Shown piece by piece: positions 1 through 9,695 of a stretch of 64,000 nt of DNA. The notes beneath the pieces were generated by a model. That model worked only from the letters and a program-made list of their open reading frames with translations. It ran no database searches and was not told the DNA's origin. The position numbers and the translations under genes are program-made. The DNA comes from Patescibacteria group bacterium (GTDB lineage Bacteria; Patescibacteriota; Minisyncoccia; Phycocordibacterales; JBBTRF01). The DNA lies in the NCBI GenBank assembly GCA_038065315.1, contig JBBTRF010000002.1, positions 12,021 to 76,020 on the forward strand, written 5' to 3'. Within the stretch, counting starts at the first letter, position 1. Each line of letters opens with the position of its first letter.

Positions 1-48
1 TGAAGTCAGTGACGATTTCGGTGTTCCAGTTGAGGTATGACATGGTGA

Positions 49-969
49 TTATTTAAACAATAGATAAATACCAAGAAACATTACAACTGAGGAGAAACTT
101 CTTTGAATAAGGGTCTTTTTGGTAATGTCTTCCTGAATTAACTTGGGGAATACTAATGTGAGAATAATCCCCAGCACCAGAATGATAAAAGGTTGCAACC
201 CGTTTATTAGGGTTACCACAGCAAGAGGGGCACTTAGCGTTGCGAAGCTCATCAATAGTTTTGCACTTAAGTTCAAGAGTTCTCCCAGCACGTTCATGCT
301 AGGCACAATGAGGCGGTTCTTCTTGATCAGAGTAATAAATTCGATTCGATAGGGTTTGTAAAAAATAAGGAGACCTAGTCCAAATATACCTGCTCCCATG
401 TATTCCCAGAAACCGGTTGTCCAAAAGTTACCTTCTAAGGCGATCATTTTGAAGACAAGGTAATTTACGGCCACTCCAAGAGAAGCCAAACACATCAAGG
501 ACAGTGTCCGGATTTTTAGGGAAAAGCCCCTTTTTAGATCTAGTGATATGCCTATGGATCCAGCGATCACAATCAAGCCAGCAATTACTTGCTGAAAACT
601 TAGTTCTTCCTGAAGAAATATGAAGCCCAAAAAGTAGCTGAATACTGGAATTAGCTGATAAAGTGGCACGACTACGCTAGGGTCATCTTTTTGAAGTGCA
701 TATAGATAGGGGATGAAGGATGCTACTAGCATTGCCCCTGCTGTAACGATGATAAGAGCATGGCTGTAGCTAATAGAAAAAATATCTCCATGAATTAAGG
801 CAATTACTGCCGCAACTAGAAATCCAGTCATCCCTGTAAAGACTATGAGTGAACCAGCGCCGGTGATACTTGAAACAAGATAACGATTGATCACTATCTT
901 GTCGATGTAGTTCGCGATTGCCCAAAAGAGTGGTGCGAGAAGTGCGATAAAAACCCAATTCGTGTTCAT
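49..969 (-). CDS. EamA/DMT-family (drug/metabolite transporter) membrane protein
   Basis: 306 aa, about 10 predicted TM helices, duplicated EamA-like halves; typical DMT hydrophobic pattern. Confidence 0.65.
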   Translation of the reverse strand: MNTNWVFIALLAPLFWAIANYIDKIVINRYLVSSITGAGSLIVFTGMTGFLVAAVIALIHGDIFSISYSHALIIVTAGAMLVASFIPYLYALQKDDPSVVVPLYQLIPVFSYFLGFIFLQEELSFQQVIAGLIVIAGSIGISLDLKRGFSLKIRTLSLMCLASLGVAVNYLVFKMIALEGNFWTTGFWEYMGAGIFGLGLLIFYKPYRIEFITLIKKNRLIVPSMNVLGELLNLSAKLLMSFATLSAPLAVVTLINGLQPFIILVLGIILTLVFPKLIQEDITKKTLIQRSFSSVVMFLGIYLLFK

Positions 970-978
970 ATGTAAAAA

Positions 979-2109
979 TTAATGCATCGCCACCCACACG
1001 CCGATGACGACGAAGATGAGATGGATGATCCAGAAACGCATGATGGTCTTTTCTTCGCTCCACCCCTTCAGCTCGAAGTGGTGATGGATTGGTGCCATCT
1101 TGAAAATGCGTTTGCCAAACAGTGAGCGGACGGCGATCTGAATCAACACTGACAATGCTTCGACATAGAACATGAAGCCGAGCAGGGGCAGGACGATGAT
1201 GAGCTTCAGGACCAGCACGTTTATGGCCAATAGTGCGCCGAGACCGAGCGACCCGACGTCGCCCATTTGGAAACGCGCGGGCTTGATATTGAAATACGTG
1301 TAAGTGATGAGTGCGCCGGTGGTGGTGGCGTTGAGTACGGCCATCGAGCTGAAATCGTTGATCCAACTGAGCAGGGTGAGGGCGCCGAAAGTGGTGATGA
1401 GCATGCCGCCGGCAAGGCCGTCCATGCCGTCGGAGATATTTACCGCATTGGCAGTGAACATCACGGCAAAAATAATGAGCGGGATCAGCCAGAAGCCGAG
1501 ACTCAACGAGCCGTCGAATGGAATATTGATGACGCGCCAATTTTCACCGAGTTTGAAATAGATCCACCAAGCAGCCGCGGCACCGGCGAGGAATTGGAGC
1601 AGGAGTTTCTCGTGTACGTGCACTCCTTTGCCCGGATGGCGCGAAAGCATGGTCGCGGCGCGCTTGAAGATCTCCCAAGGTAGGATGACGATGAGCCAAA
1701 GTCGTACATACCAGAGCTTGTGCACACGAATGAGTGTGAGGGTTTGTGAGAGTTTGCGATTGCGGCGTTCGGTGCCGAAAATGTTGAGGAGATCATCGAT
1801 GCCGCCGAGTGCCGAAGAGAGGAGCATGACGCCGATCGGCATCCAGGTGAAGTGTCGATCCCAATTGAAAGTGAAAGTGATAAGGGCCACTGTTACGATC
1901 ACCAGCAAGCCGCCCATCACCGGCACACCCACTTTGTCGCGGCGAGATTCGAGTGCGAGTGATGGGTCGTATTGGCTTTGGCGGACGATCTTGTATTTAT
2001 ACAAAAAATGCGTGAGGAGCGGCGCCCACAGGAAGGCGAAAATACAGGCGCCGATAGCGAAACCAATCTGGTCCGAGAGACTGTTTTGCGCGATGCTCAG
2101 ATACTCCAT
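979..2109 (-). CDS. mraY: phospho-N-acetylmuramoyl-pentapeptide transferase (MraY/WecA polyprenyl-phosphate sugar-1-P transferase family)
   Basis: NAVNISDGMDGLAGG and PIHHHFELKGW motifs, MGG N-region, multi-TM. ORF extends to 2148 but MEYLSIAQ Met at 2109 fits MraY N-terminus better. Confidence 0.8.
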   Translation of the reverse strand: MEYLSIAQNSLSDQIGFAIGACIFAFLWAPLLTHFLYKYKIVRQSQYDPSLALESRRDKVGVPVMGGLLVIVTVALITFTFNWDRHFTWMPIGVMLLSSALGGIDDLLNIFGTERRNRKLSQTLTLIRVHKLWYVRLWLIVILPWEIFKRAATMLSRHPGKGVHVHEKLLLQFLAGAAAAWWIYFKLGENWRVINIPFDGSLSLGFWLIPLIIFAVMFTANAVNISDGMDGLAGGMLITTFGALTLLSWINDFSSMAVLNATTTGALITYTYFNIKPARFQMGDVGSLGLGALLAINVLVLKLIIVLPLLGFMFYVEALSVLIQIAVRSLFGKRIFKMAPIHHHFELKGWSEEKTIMRFWIIHLIFVVIGVWVAMH

Positions 2110-2169
2110 GGATAGGGAAAAGGATAGCACAAAATGGCTATTTTCCAAGGGTTTTTACAGGACGTAGCT

Positions 2170-2937
2170 CTAGAACCAATTCAAGCGCCGAAGCGAGGTG
2201 GTTTCGGCCTTCACGGCGCGACCATGGGTATAGTTTTCTACGCCAGCTTTGCCATGCTCTTCCCAAACCTGGTCGGCGAGCTTAATGAGAGGGTCGGTGA
2301 CAGTGATAGTGCCGGTGCGTACGCCGTGGCCGTACATACCGTCTGATGGCCAAGCAATAGAGTGGGTGTAGGTGAGGGTGGTGTGGGTCGTGGCTTTGTC
2401 GACGTGGGTGATGAGGATAATGTGGTCGAATGAGCGCGCGTCGGAGTTGTGGGTCATGACAATGAAGTCGCCCGCCTCTGCTTCGGCGAGGTCGACCTCG
2501 CGGCTATTGGTAGGCTGGGCAAAAGTGATGGCGCCGGCGTTTTGCGCGGGGCGGAGGCGGGCGACGAGTCGTCGCAAAAACGAACGATGATGAAACGAAA
2601 TGTGCGAATGCATCGCGCCTGCGCCCCGCGCTCGGCTCTCCGCATCGAGGACGTGATATACAAAACCGGAGCAGTCAATACCGAGATGGTGATCGACAAG
2701 GAATTTGGTTTTATCGGTCCATGAAATACTCGCAAGGTTCACTTTTTCTCGAATCGAAAATAGTTCAGCTTCTTCCACGATTTCTTCTGGCAAACCCTTG
2801 CCGGCGAGGGCACGCAGACCGGCGACCAACTTGTGTCGGCGATTGTTGTAGTACGGTGCCGGCACCTCGAGCGAGGGGAGGGAGAGGTACTGTTCGATGG
2901 CAGTACGAGCTGGAACACTCAATGTGTTGGATTGCAT
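2170..2937 (-). CDS. putative NlpC/P60 (C40)-like cysteine peptidase
   Basis: LGIDCSGFVYHV Cys motif with downstream conserved His (FDHIILITH); no other recognisable domain. Confidence 0.35.
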   Translation of the reverse strand: MQSNTLSVPARTAIEQYLSLPSLEVPAPYYNNRRHKLVAGLRALAGKGLPEEIVEEAELFSIREKVNLASISWTDKTKFLVDHHLGIDCSGFVYHVLDAESRARGAGAMHSHISFHHRSFLRRLVARLRPAQNAGAITFAQPTNSREVDLAEAEAGDFIVMTHNSDARSFDHIILITHVDKATTHTTLTYTHSIAWPSDGMYGHGVRTGTITVTDPLIKLADQVWEEHGKAGVENYTHGRAVKAETTSLRRLNWF

Positions 2938-4238
2938 AATGGTGAGTCGATTATACCTTTTTTGCTCTGGATGCGAAGCAGGTCACTATTCGGCTTGGTG
3001 TTGGCGTATTCAAGGACGGTGTAGCCTTCGGCGCGCAACGCTTCGGCTGTTTCGCGCACGAAATTCTGAGAATCCTTCAGTTTGGCGGCGATTGAGGCGG
3101 TGCGACGCTGGATCACTTGGCCGCCATCGCTGATTTTTTGCAGTTGTGCGTTATCGGCAATTTCACCAGTCAATGCCTCGAGGTGCGCTTCGAAGGTGGT
3201 GAGGATGGAGGCGGCAGAAGAGGTAGCGTCGGCGCCAGCGCCGCTTCTGCCACGTGCATCGTTCTGCAACTCTGATTCGAAAGTGGTCGAAGCTGGTTGG
3301 CGGGCGTTGATCTCGATGAGGTAGAAGCGCTGTGTGGATTCTTCGAGAATAGCGTCGATGCCGAAGAGACCTTTCCAGCCTAATGCTGCCAGGCGCGCGC
3401 CGCCGGCGCGCGCCATTTCCTCATACTGCTTGCGGAGCTCCGCCGAAAGTGCCGCCCCCTTTTTCCAGTCATTGCCCACTGTTGAAAAAGGAAGATCGGT
3501 GAACGGTGCGAGGCCGGTGATTTGATAGCTGATATTGCCGACGAGTGTCTTCGGTCGAGAAAAAGCGCCGAACAAACCGAAACCGTTTTTGAACATGCGC
3601 CTAATCGGTACCACGCAGTTGTTGCTCGTATACATTGATCCTTTCACGAATGGACTCATGCGCACCTCGCGCTGAGGGAATTGTCTTTGGATCTCAGCGA
3701 GCTGTTCGACGCTCTGCACCAACACAGTCCCTTCACCTGTATGCGCATGGGCAAATTGCAAGACAAAAGGTACGCCTTCCCATGCGAGCTCCATACAGAT
3801 GGCGAGGCGAGTGCCAGGGACTAGAAAGCGAGCCGCGGCGCCGAGCGAGGCGACCTGGGTTATCTTGTTTTCGAGGTGTTCAGCGAGCGAGGCGGAAGGG
3901 TTCAAAAGTCGCCAGCCTTTTTCGCGCACACAACGCTCGATCCGTGACGTATTTTTGAATACGACGATCGCTGGCTTCTTGCCATGCGCCTTTGCAATAT
4001 TTTTCACAAACGCTGAAGTAGCTGGATGCTCCAAAAGGTCAATTGTGTCGAGTTGCGCGCTACTACCTTTTGTCGCGATGTTCTCACTTCGCACAAGCAA
4101 CACCTGCTCAGGGTACTTTGCTTGTACTGCCTCAGCATACGGACTGACATTGGCGACAATATAATAGCCGGCCGGCAGGGAAGCGAAGCCGGTCGCGCGC
4201 TCGATATCACGGGTGACGTAGAGGGTCGGAGCCTTCAT
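2919..4238 (-). CDS. ATP-grasp domain protein (carboxylate-amine ligase family)
   Basis: 439 aa; ATP-grasp C-terminal signature GLFGIDAILEESTQRFYLIEINARQPAST; overlaps next gene by 19 nt (operon with C40-like gene and mraY). Confidence 0.55.
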   Translation of the reverse strand: MKAPTLYVTRDIERATGFASLPAGYYIVANVSPYAEAVQAKYPEQVLLVRSENIATKGSSAQLDTIDLLEHPATSAFVKNIAKAHGKKPAIVVFKNTSRIERCVREKGWRLLNPSASLAEHLENKITQVASLGAAARFLVPGTRLAICMELAWEGVPFVLQFAHAHTGEGTVLVQSVEQLAEIQRQFPQREVRMSPFVKGSMYTSNNCVVPIRRMFKNGFGLFGAFSRPKTLVGNISYQITGLAPFTDLPFSTVGNDWKKGAALSAELRKQYEEMARAGGARLAALGWKGLFGIDAILEESTQRFYLIEINARQPASTTFESELQNDARGRSGAGADATSSAASILTTFEAHLEALTGEIADNAQLQKISDGGQVIQRRTASIAAKLKDSQNFVRETAEALRAEGYTVLEYANTKPNSDLLRIQSKKGIIDSPLCNPTH

Positions 4239-4304
4239 GAAATTTTCAACAGTATAGCATAATACACAGCCTGGACTTGGCAGATTTCGTGATATGATGG
4301 GCGC

Positions 4305-4553
4305 ATGAAATTGAAGATCAGAATCATTTTTTCTTCAGCAGCGCTCACTCTTTTTCTCTTCTCACCGTTTTGCGGCATTCCCACAACCTGGAAATCGAAT
4401 CTCGCACTTTTGCTTTCATTGATTACGCTCCTCGCTACCTACCTTCTCCATCGGCAAATCCTCATCAGCTCTCTGCTTTCGAGGAAAGGAGAGCGGGTAA
4501 CTGAAACATATAGCGAGAATGGCATCCAACACAGTACTCATGTCGGTGCGTGA
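4305..4553 (+). CDS. small hydrophobic membrane protein (hypothetical)
   Basis: 82 aa, two TM-like stretches; overlaps start of next gene; no homology recognised. Confidence 0.25.
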   Translation: MKLKIRIIFSSAALTLFLFSPFCGIPTTWKSNLALLLSLITLLATYLLHRQILISSLLSRKGERVTETYSENGIQHSTHVGA

Positions 4554-5811
4554 TCGGTGGATCTTGGGCAGCATCATAGCCGCGCTCGTAATGGTTTTTG
4601 TGTTGGCGTTCGTCATTTTGCCAAAGGCTTATCCGGCATACGGGGAAGGGTTTGGTCCGCATCCGTGGGGCATTGGTTTGCCGACAGCGGAAGATTTACT
4701 CGTCCAGTCGCAGCGCGCTCAGGTACTCTCGACGTTTGGCGGAGAAAATGATCCGAATACCAAGGTCAAAGTGACGTATCTCGACACCCCGGAGCCGCTA
4801 AAAGGCATCTACATTACTAGCTGGATCGCGGGGACCAAAACGTTGCGCGACAAAGTGCTCGACCTCATCGACGCCACTGGAGTGAATGCGGTGGTGATCG
4901 ATATCAAAGATGCTACCGGCCACATTGCTTTCCCAGTGAACGATCCGGAGCTCAAGAAAGCAGGATCCGACAGTGCGCGTATTACCGATATCAACCAATT
5001 CATCCATGAATTGCACGAGCGCGATGTGTATGTCATTGGCCGTATCGCCGTATTCCAGGATCCGTTGTTGGCTGAACGATATCCGGCGATCTCTGTGAAG
5101 CGCGCTGACAAATTGTCAGCCTGGAAGGATCACAAGGGGATCGGTTGGGTGGATGCAGGCTCGAAGAAGGCTTGGGACTACACGATTGCTATTGCCAAAG
5201 AATCATATGCTCATGGTTTCGACGAATTAAATTTTGATTACGTTCGATTTCCTTCCGACGGTGACATGAACGATATCTATTTCCCCTATAGTGAAGGGAA
5301 GGTGAAAGCTGACGTGCTTGAGGCGTTTTTCGAGTACCTGCACCGCCGTCTCTCTGGTACCGGCATCGTCACTTCGGCAGACCTCTTCGGTATGACCACT
5401 ACCAACAAAGGTGATCTGAATATCGGGCAGGTATTGAATCGAGCTTTGCCATACTTCGACTACATTATGCCGATGGTATACCCGTCGCACTATCCGGCCG
5501 GTTTTTTGAATCTGAAAAGTCCGGCCGCCGAGCCGTATCAAGTGGTGAAATATTCGATGGAGATGGCGCGGGAGAAAGTTGTAGCCGCTCAGACGTTGGC
5601 GAGCACGACGCCGATGGCGCAGCTCCGTCCGTGGCTCCAAGATTTCGATCTCGGTGCTATGTATACTGCCGAATTGGTGCAGGCACAGATGAAGGCGGTG
5701 TATGATGCCGGACTCACTTCGTGGATTCTCTGGGACCCAAAAGTTCAATACACGAAAGGCGCGCTGCTCGCCGACAAGCTAGCTGTGGACAAGAAAAGGG
5801 CTGGCCATTGA
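4519..5811 (+). CDS. membrane-anchored putative glycoside-hydrolase-like TIM-barrel protein (pfam13200/GHL-type)
   Basis: 430 aa, N-terminal TM anchor, motifs GIYITSW, VIDIKD, FDELNFDYVRFP reminiscent of putative glycosyl hydrolase domain family. Confidence 0.45.
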   Translation: MASNTVLMSVRDRWILGSIIAALVMVFVLAFVILPKAYPAYGEGFGPHPWGIGLPTAEDLLVQSQRAQVLSTFGGENDPNTKVKVTYLDTPEPLKGIYITSWIAGTKTLRDKVLDLIDATGVNAVVIDIKDATGHIAFPVNDPELKKAGSDSARITDINQFIHELHERDVYVIGRIAVFQDPLLAERYPAISVKRADKLSAWKDHKGIGWVDAGSKKAWDYTIAIAKESYAHGFDELNFDYVRFPSDGDMNDIYFPYSEGKVKADVLEAFFEYLHRRLSGTGIVTSADLFGMTTTNKGDLNIGQVLNRALPYFDYIMPMVYPSHYPAGFLNLKSPAAEPYQVVKYSMEMAREKVVAAQTLASTTPMAQLRPWLQDFDLGAMYTAELVQAQMKAVYDAGLTSWILWDPKVQYTKGALLADKLAVDKKRAGH

Positions 5812-6219
5812 CAAACAGTCTAGGAGAGGTATAGAATTGTTATCCAGTGAGCGGATGGGGTTGGAGTTGAGGTGGCCTGGGTGGCTGGTCACTCCTGGCA
5901 TCGCGCTCTAGTAATTGTAGAAACAAGCTCGTTTATGACGAAGGCAACAGCAAAAGCCGGCCCGCAGAGTCCTGTGGGGAAACAGACGCAACCCAAAAAG
6001 CACGGTCTCGCGACCCTCGCGCAAATCCTCGGCAATTTTGCCGCCGATGCCCCGGTGCTCGAACCTGGGTCGCGTCAAGATCCCCGCAGTGTCGCTGGCC
6101 GGCTGTATGCCGGAAACGTCGCCCAGGCAGGTGCCTGAGGTCGAAGTCAACAAGCACCGCGTGTCCCCGTTTTGTGGGATGCGTCGGTGCTGTTTTTTTG
6201 ATATAATTCCCGTACGTAT

Positions 6220-8190
6220 ATGGATGAGAACAAAGTGACCTACTTTGCTCAGACTGACTCTCGCAACAAGAGGGTGCCTTTTGGTATTAAGCGCAAAGAT
6301 CGCACCCGACACATGTATGTTGTCGGCAAGACAGGTATGGGAAAATCGACGCTCCTCGAAAATATGGCAGTGCAGGATATCCAATCGGGCGAGGGTATCT
6401 GCTTCATCGATCCGCACGGCAAGACGGCCGATCTTCTGCTCGAGTATATTCCGGAATCGCGCAAAAAAGACGTAGTGTATTTTGCGCCGTTCGACCTCGA
6501 ACACCCGATCGCCTTCAATGTGATGGAAGATGTCGGTTTCGACAAGCGTCACTTGGTGTTGTCTGGCCTCATGAGCACCTTCAAGAAGATCTGGGAGGAT
6601 GCGTGGTCTGCGCGTATGGAATATATTTTGGGCAATACCATTTTGGCTTTGCTTGAATATCCGGGAGCGACGTTGCTCGGCGTGAACAGAATGTTTGCCG
6701 ACAAAGAGTATCGTCGTCGCGTGGTGGAAAATGTGAGTGACCCGGCCGTGAAGTCTTTCTGGAACGATGAATTCGCGAAGTACACGGAGAAATTTGCCGC
6801 GGAAGCGACGCCGGCGATCCAAAACAAGATCGGGCAGTTTACTGCCAACCCGCTGATCCGCAATATCATCGGTCAGCCGAACTCTTCTTTTGATCTGCGA
6901 AAGATGATGGATGAAAAGAAAATCTTCATCGTGAACCTATCGAAGGGACGAGTGGGCGAGTCGAATGCAAACCTGCTTGGCAGTATGTTGATCACCAAGA
7001 TCTATTTGGCGGCGATGTCGCGTGCCGACCTCACAGATAGCGATCTCAAAAAACATCCGAATTTCTATCTGTACGTGGATGAATTTCAGTCGTTTGCGAA
7101 CAAATCGTTTGCTGACATTCTTTCCGAGGCGCGAAAGTACAAATTGAACCTCACGATCGCTCACCAGTATATTGAACAGATGGAGGAAGAGGTGCGGGCC
7201 GCAGTGTTCGGCAACGTGGGTACGATGATCACCTTCCGTGTCGGTGCATATGATGCCGATGTGCTTGAAAAGGAATTCGCACCAAAGTTTTTGGCGGAAG
7301 ACCTTGTGAATCTTGGGTACATCCAGATCTACCTGAAATTGATGATCGACGGGATCAGTTCTCAGCCGTTTTCAGCCACCACATTGCCGCCCATCGCTCC
7401 GCCGGCGAAGAATATGAAGCAGGAGGTGATAGAGGCGTCTCGTGTGCTGTTCACTCGCCCGCGCGCCCAGGTGGAGGAGGAGATTAAACAATGGCATCAG
7501 CCGCTCAAGCCTGAGCCAAGGCCGGAGTCGAGACTGGAAGCGCGACCAAGTGAGGCGGTGAAGACGATTCTCACGCCGCGCAGCGAAACACGTACTGAAG
7601 TACGTCCTGAAACAAGACCTGCGTCGGTTCGTGCCGAGGTCCGTTCTGTCCCCGCCCCCGTGTCTGCTCCAGCGCCTGCCCCGGCTTCGGCGCCAGTTGC
7701 ACGAATCGCGCCCGTTGTTTCGACTCCGGTAGCTGTTGTGGCACCAGCCAAGCCGATTGGCTCCGCTACAACAATGGTCATCCCTGCACCGAAACCTGCA
7801 GCGATCCACCATGCCCCAGTGCCTTCGTCACCTTCATCGGCTTTTGCGGGACAGCTTCATCAGTCGCAAGCGAAACCAATCTCTCTGAGTCAACTTAAGT
7901 CAAAGACCACACCCGATTCTCAGACTGGTCCGCTCAAAGAGAACATCTCGGCTTTGCGCCAGGCGCTTGCGTCGGCGATGAAGAAGGATCCGAATGATAT
8001 TTCCAAGGCGGCACCGCGTCCTCTGGCGCCGCCGACTGTGGCCACATCTGTGGTGGCACCATCAGCTGCCCCCGTTCAGGTTGCGAAAAAAGAGCCGGTT
8101 GCTCCAATTGCTCCGAGTCATCGACCCGCACAGACCATACAAGAGATTCCGGAAAATGAACTCAGACGTCTGCTAGAAGTGGAGAAGTAG
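6220..8190 (+). CDS. P-loop ATPase of the VirD4/TraD coupling-protein / HerA-FtsK (DUF87, T4SS-DNA_transf) type with about 270-aa Pro/Ala-rich disordered C-terminal tail
   Basis: Walker A VVGKTGMGKST, Walker B LYVDEFQSF, TIAHQ sensor; C-terminal half low-complexity PAPVSAPAPAPASAP. Confidence 0.6.
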   Translation: MDENKVTYFAQTDSRNKRVPFGIKRKDRTRHMYVVGKTGMGKSTLLENMAVQDIQSGEGICFIDPHGKTADLLLEYIPESRKKDVVYFAPFDLEHPIAFNVMEDVGFDKRHLVLSGLMSTFKKIWEDAWSARMEYILGNTILALLEYPGATLLGVNRMFADKEYRRRVVENVSDPAVKSFWNDEFAKYTEKFAAEATPAIQNKIGQFTANPLIRNIIGQPNSSFDLRKMMDEKKIFIVNLSKGRVGESNANLLGSMLITKIYLAAMSRADLTDSDLKKHPNFYLYVDEFQSFANKSFADILSEARKYKLNLTIAHQYIEQMEEEVRAAVFGNVGTMITFRVGAYDADVLEKEFAPKFLAEDLVNLGYIQIYLKLMIDGISSQPFSATTLPPIAPPAKNMKQEVIEASRVLFTRPRAQVEEEIKQWHQPLKPEPRPESRLEARPSEAVKTILTPRSETRTEVRPETRPASVRAEVRSVPAPVSAPAPAPASAPVARIAPVVSTPVAVVAPAKPIGSATTMVIPAPKPAAIHHAPVPSSPSSAFAGQLHQSQAKPISLSQLKSKTTPDSQTGPLKENISALRQALASAMKKDPNDISKAAPRPLAPPTVATSVVAPSAAPVQVAKKEPVAPIAPSHRPAQTIQEIPENELRRLLEVEK

Positions 8191-8202
8191 AAGAATGTAA
8201 AA

Positions 8203-9681
8203 ATGAATATAAAGATATCGGTTGTTTTGGCACTCATCGTGTCAGCAGTTTTTCCTGTAGTCGCACAAGCAAAAATTGAATTTACCGAAGTGATGTATGA
8301 CCCAGCTGGGACGGATACTGGCAGGGAATGGATCGAGATTCACAATACCGGCAGTGCGCCGGTTGATGTGTCCGCGATGAAATTGTCCGAAGAAGGCGTA
8401 CAACATGTCTTGAAAGCGAGTGCGCTTGGCAGTGTGAGTACAGGTCTGCTCGATGCGGGGCAGTATGGGGTGATTGCGGATGATCCAGCGAAATTTTTGG
8501 TGGATTGGTCAACCTACTCCGGCCCGCTTTTTGACAGCAGTTTTTCGCTCAAAAATACCGGTGAGCCCATTGTGTTGCGCAGCAAGGATTTCGATGAAGA
8601 CAGTCTCGTGTTTGATCCGACAATCGGCGCAGCTGGTGACGGCAATTCGCTGCAGAGACAGATCTCTGCAGAAGGGGTAATGACGTGGGTCGTTGCTGTA
8701 CCGACGCCAGGTGGGGGTCTCAGTGTCGCTGATGTGAGTAGCACAAATGGTACAAGCGGCACAAGCAGCACGACTGATTCTCCACCGCCATCCGCCACTC
8801 CTGCTGCGGAAACCTCGAGTCCCGTTCAAGTATCGGCTGAAATGGCGACGCCTGTCGTCACGAAGAGTATTCCCGTGGAGCCACAAATCTTCTGCAAGAT
8901 CAGCGGAAAAAGCGAGGTGTTTGCTGGTGTCGAGACCGCTTTTTCCGCTCAGGGTCTCGGTTTGAAGAAACAGCCGTTGCAAAATGCTCGATACGTTTGG
9001 AATTTTGGCGATGGACAGACGAAAGAGGGACAGTACGTGTTGCACACGTATACGCAACCGGGGACGTACGATGTGTTTTTGGCTGCTGCGTCGGATGTGT
9101 ACTCCGCGAGTGATCGTTTGAAGGTGACGGTTCGCTCGCCCCAGCTCAGTGTCGCGCATTCGCAGGAGGTGTTGACGATCCTGAATCAAGACACTTCTTC
9201 GATTGATCTGTTTGGCCTGAAGATACACCAGGACGGCAGGAATGATTTCCTGTTTCCGGAGCATTCCACTTTGTCTGGTCGTGCGGAAATGAACATTGAC
9301 ACGAGTTTGTTTTCCATGGCGCATGCGGATGTGTCGCGAGCGAAAGAGCTGCCGATCACGTTGCAATATCTGAACGGTCGGGTGGTGGCGACTTCATCTG
9401 AACGAGAGATTTCGCCGACGGCCTCGGAGACGGTTGCAAAGGTCGTTCCGCCTAAAGAGACAAAAACGGTGACAAAGTCGACAAGGGCGGTGGCAAAGGT
9501 GGTAGCAAAACCGAAGGTGGCAGACAACGCTTCACAGACAATCGACCTCACGGCGAGCAGTAGTGAGGGGCAGATTATCGCGCTCGATACTACTGCGAAG
9601 GAGCGAAGGCTAAATTACTACGGTGCCACTATTGGCGTGCTAATACTGCTCGCTTTTGCCTGGTGGTACCTTTTGCGGTAA
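8203..9681 (+). CDS. secreted lamin-tail-domain (LTD) plus PKD-domain surface protein, C-terminal TM anchor
   Basis: signal peptide; EFTEVMYDPAGTDTGREWIEIHN LTD signature; WNFGDGQ...HTYTQPGTYDV PKD motif; C-terminal hydrophobic helix. Confidence 0.6.
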   Translation: MNIKISVVLALIVSAVFPVVAQAKIEFTEVMYDPAGTDTGREWIEIHNTGSAPVDVSAMKLSEEGVQHVLKASALGSVSTGLLDAGQYGVIADDPAKFLVDWSTYSGPLFDSSFSLKNTGEPIVLRSKDFDEDSLVFDPTIGAAGDGNSLQRQISAEGVMTWVVAVPTPGGGLSVADVSSTNGTSGTSSTTDSPPPSATPAAETSSPVQVSAEMATPVVTKSIPVEPQIFCKISGKSEVFAGVETAFSAQGLGLKKQPLQNARYVWNFGDGQTKEGQYVLHTYTQPGTYDVFLAAASDVYSASDRLKVTVRSPQLSVAHSQEVLTILNQDTSSIDLFGLKIHQDGRNDFLFPEHSTLSGRAEMNIDTSLFSMAHADVSRAKELPITLQYLNGRVVATSSEREISPTASETVAKVVPPKETKTVTKSTRAVAKVVAKPKVADNASQTIDLTASSSEGQIIALDTTAKERRLNYYGATIGVLILLAFAWWYLLR

Positions 9682-9695
9682 AATGGGCATAATCT

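Noticed and set aside
6050-6110. Possible tRNA (CTCGAACC T-loop-like motif on minus strand)
   Set aside because: Could not build acceptor/T/D stems around it; no cloverleaf
5908-6822. 304-aa minus-strand ORF overlapping the ATPase gene
   Set aside because: Arg/His-rich, antisense to a well-supported P-loop ATPase; typical shadow ORF of a GC-rich coding strand
8509-9366. 285-aa minus ORF inside LTD/PKD gene; similar antisense ORFs at 10440-11051, 15811-16608, 23432-24091, 40038-40886, 50309-51079, 51080-51883, 56240-57091
   Set aside because: All are R/H-rich shadows of confidently assigned genes on the opposite strand
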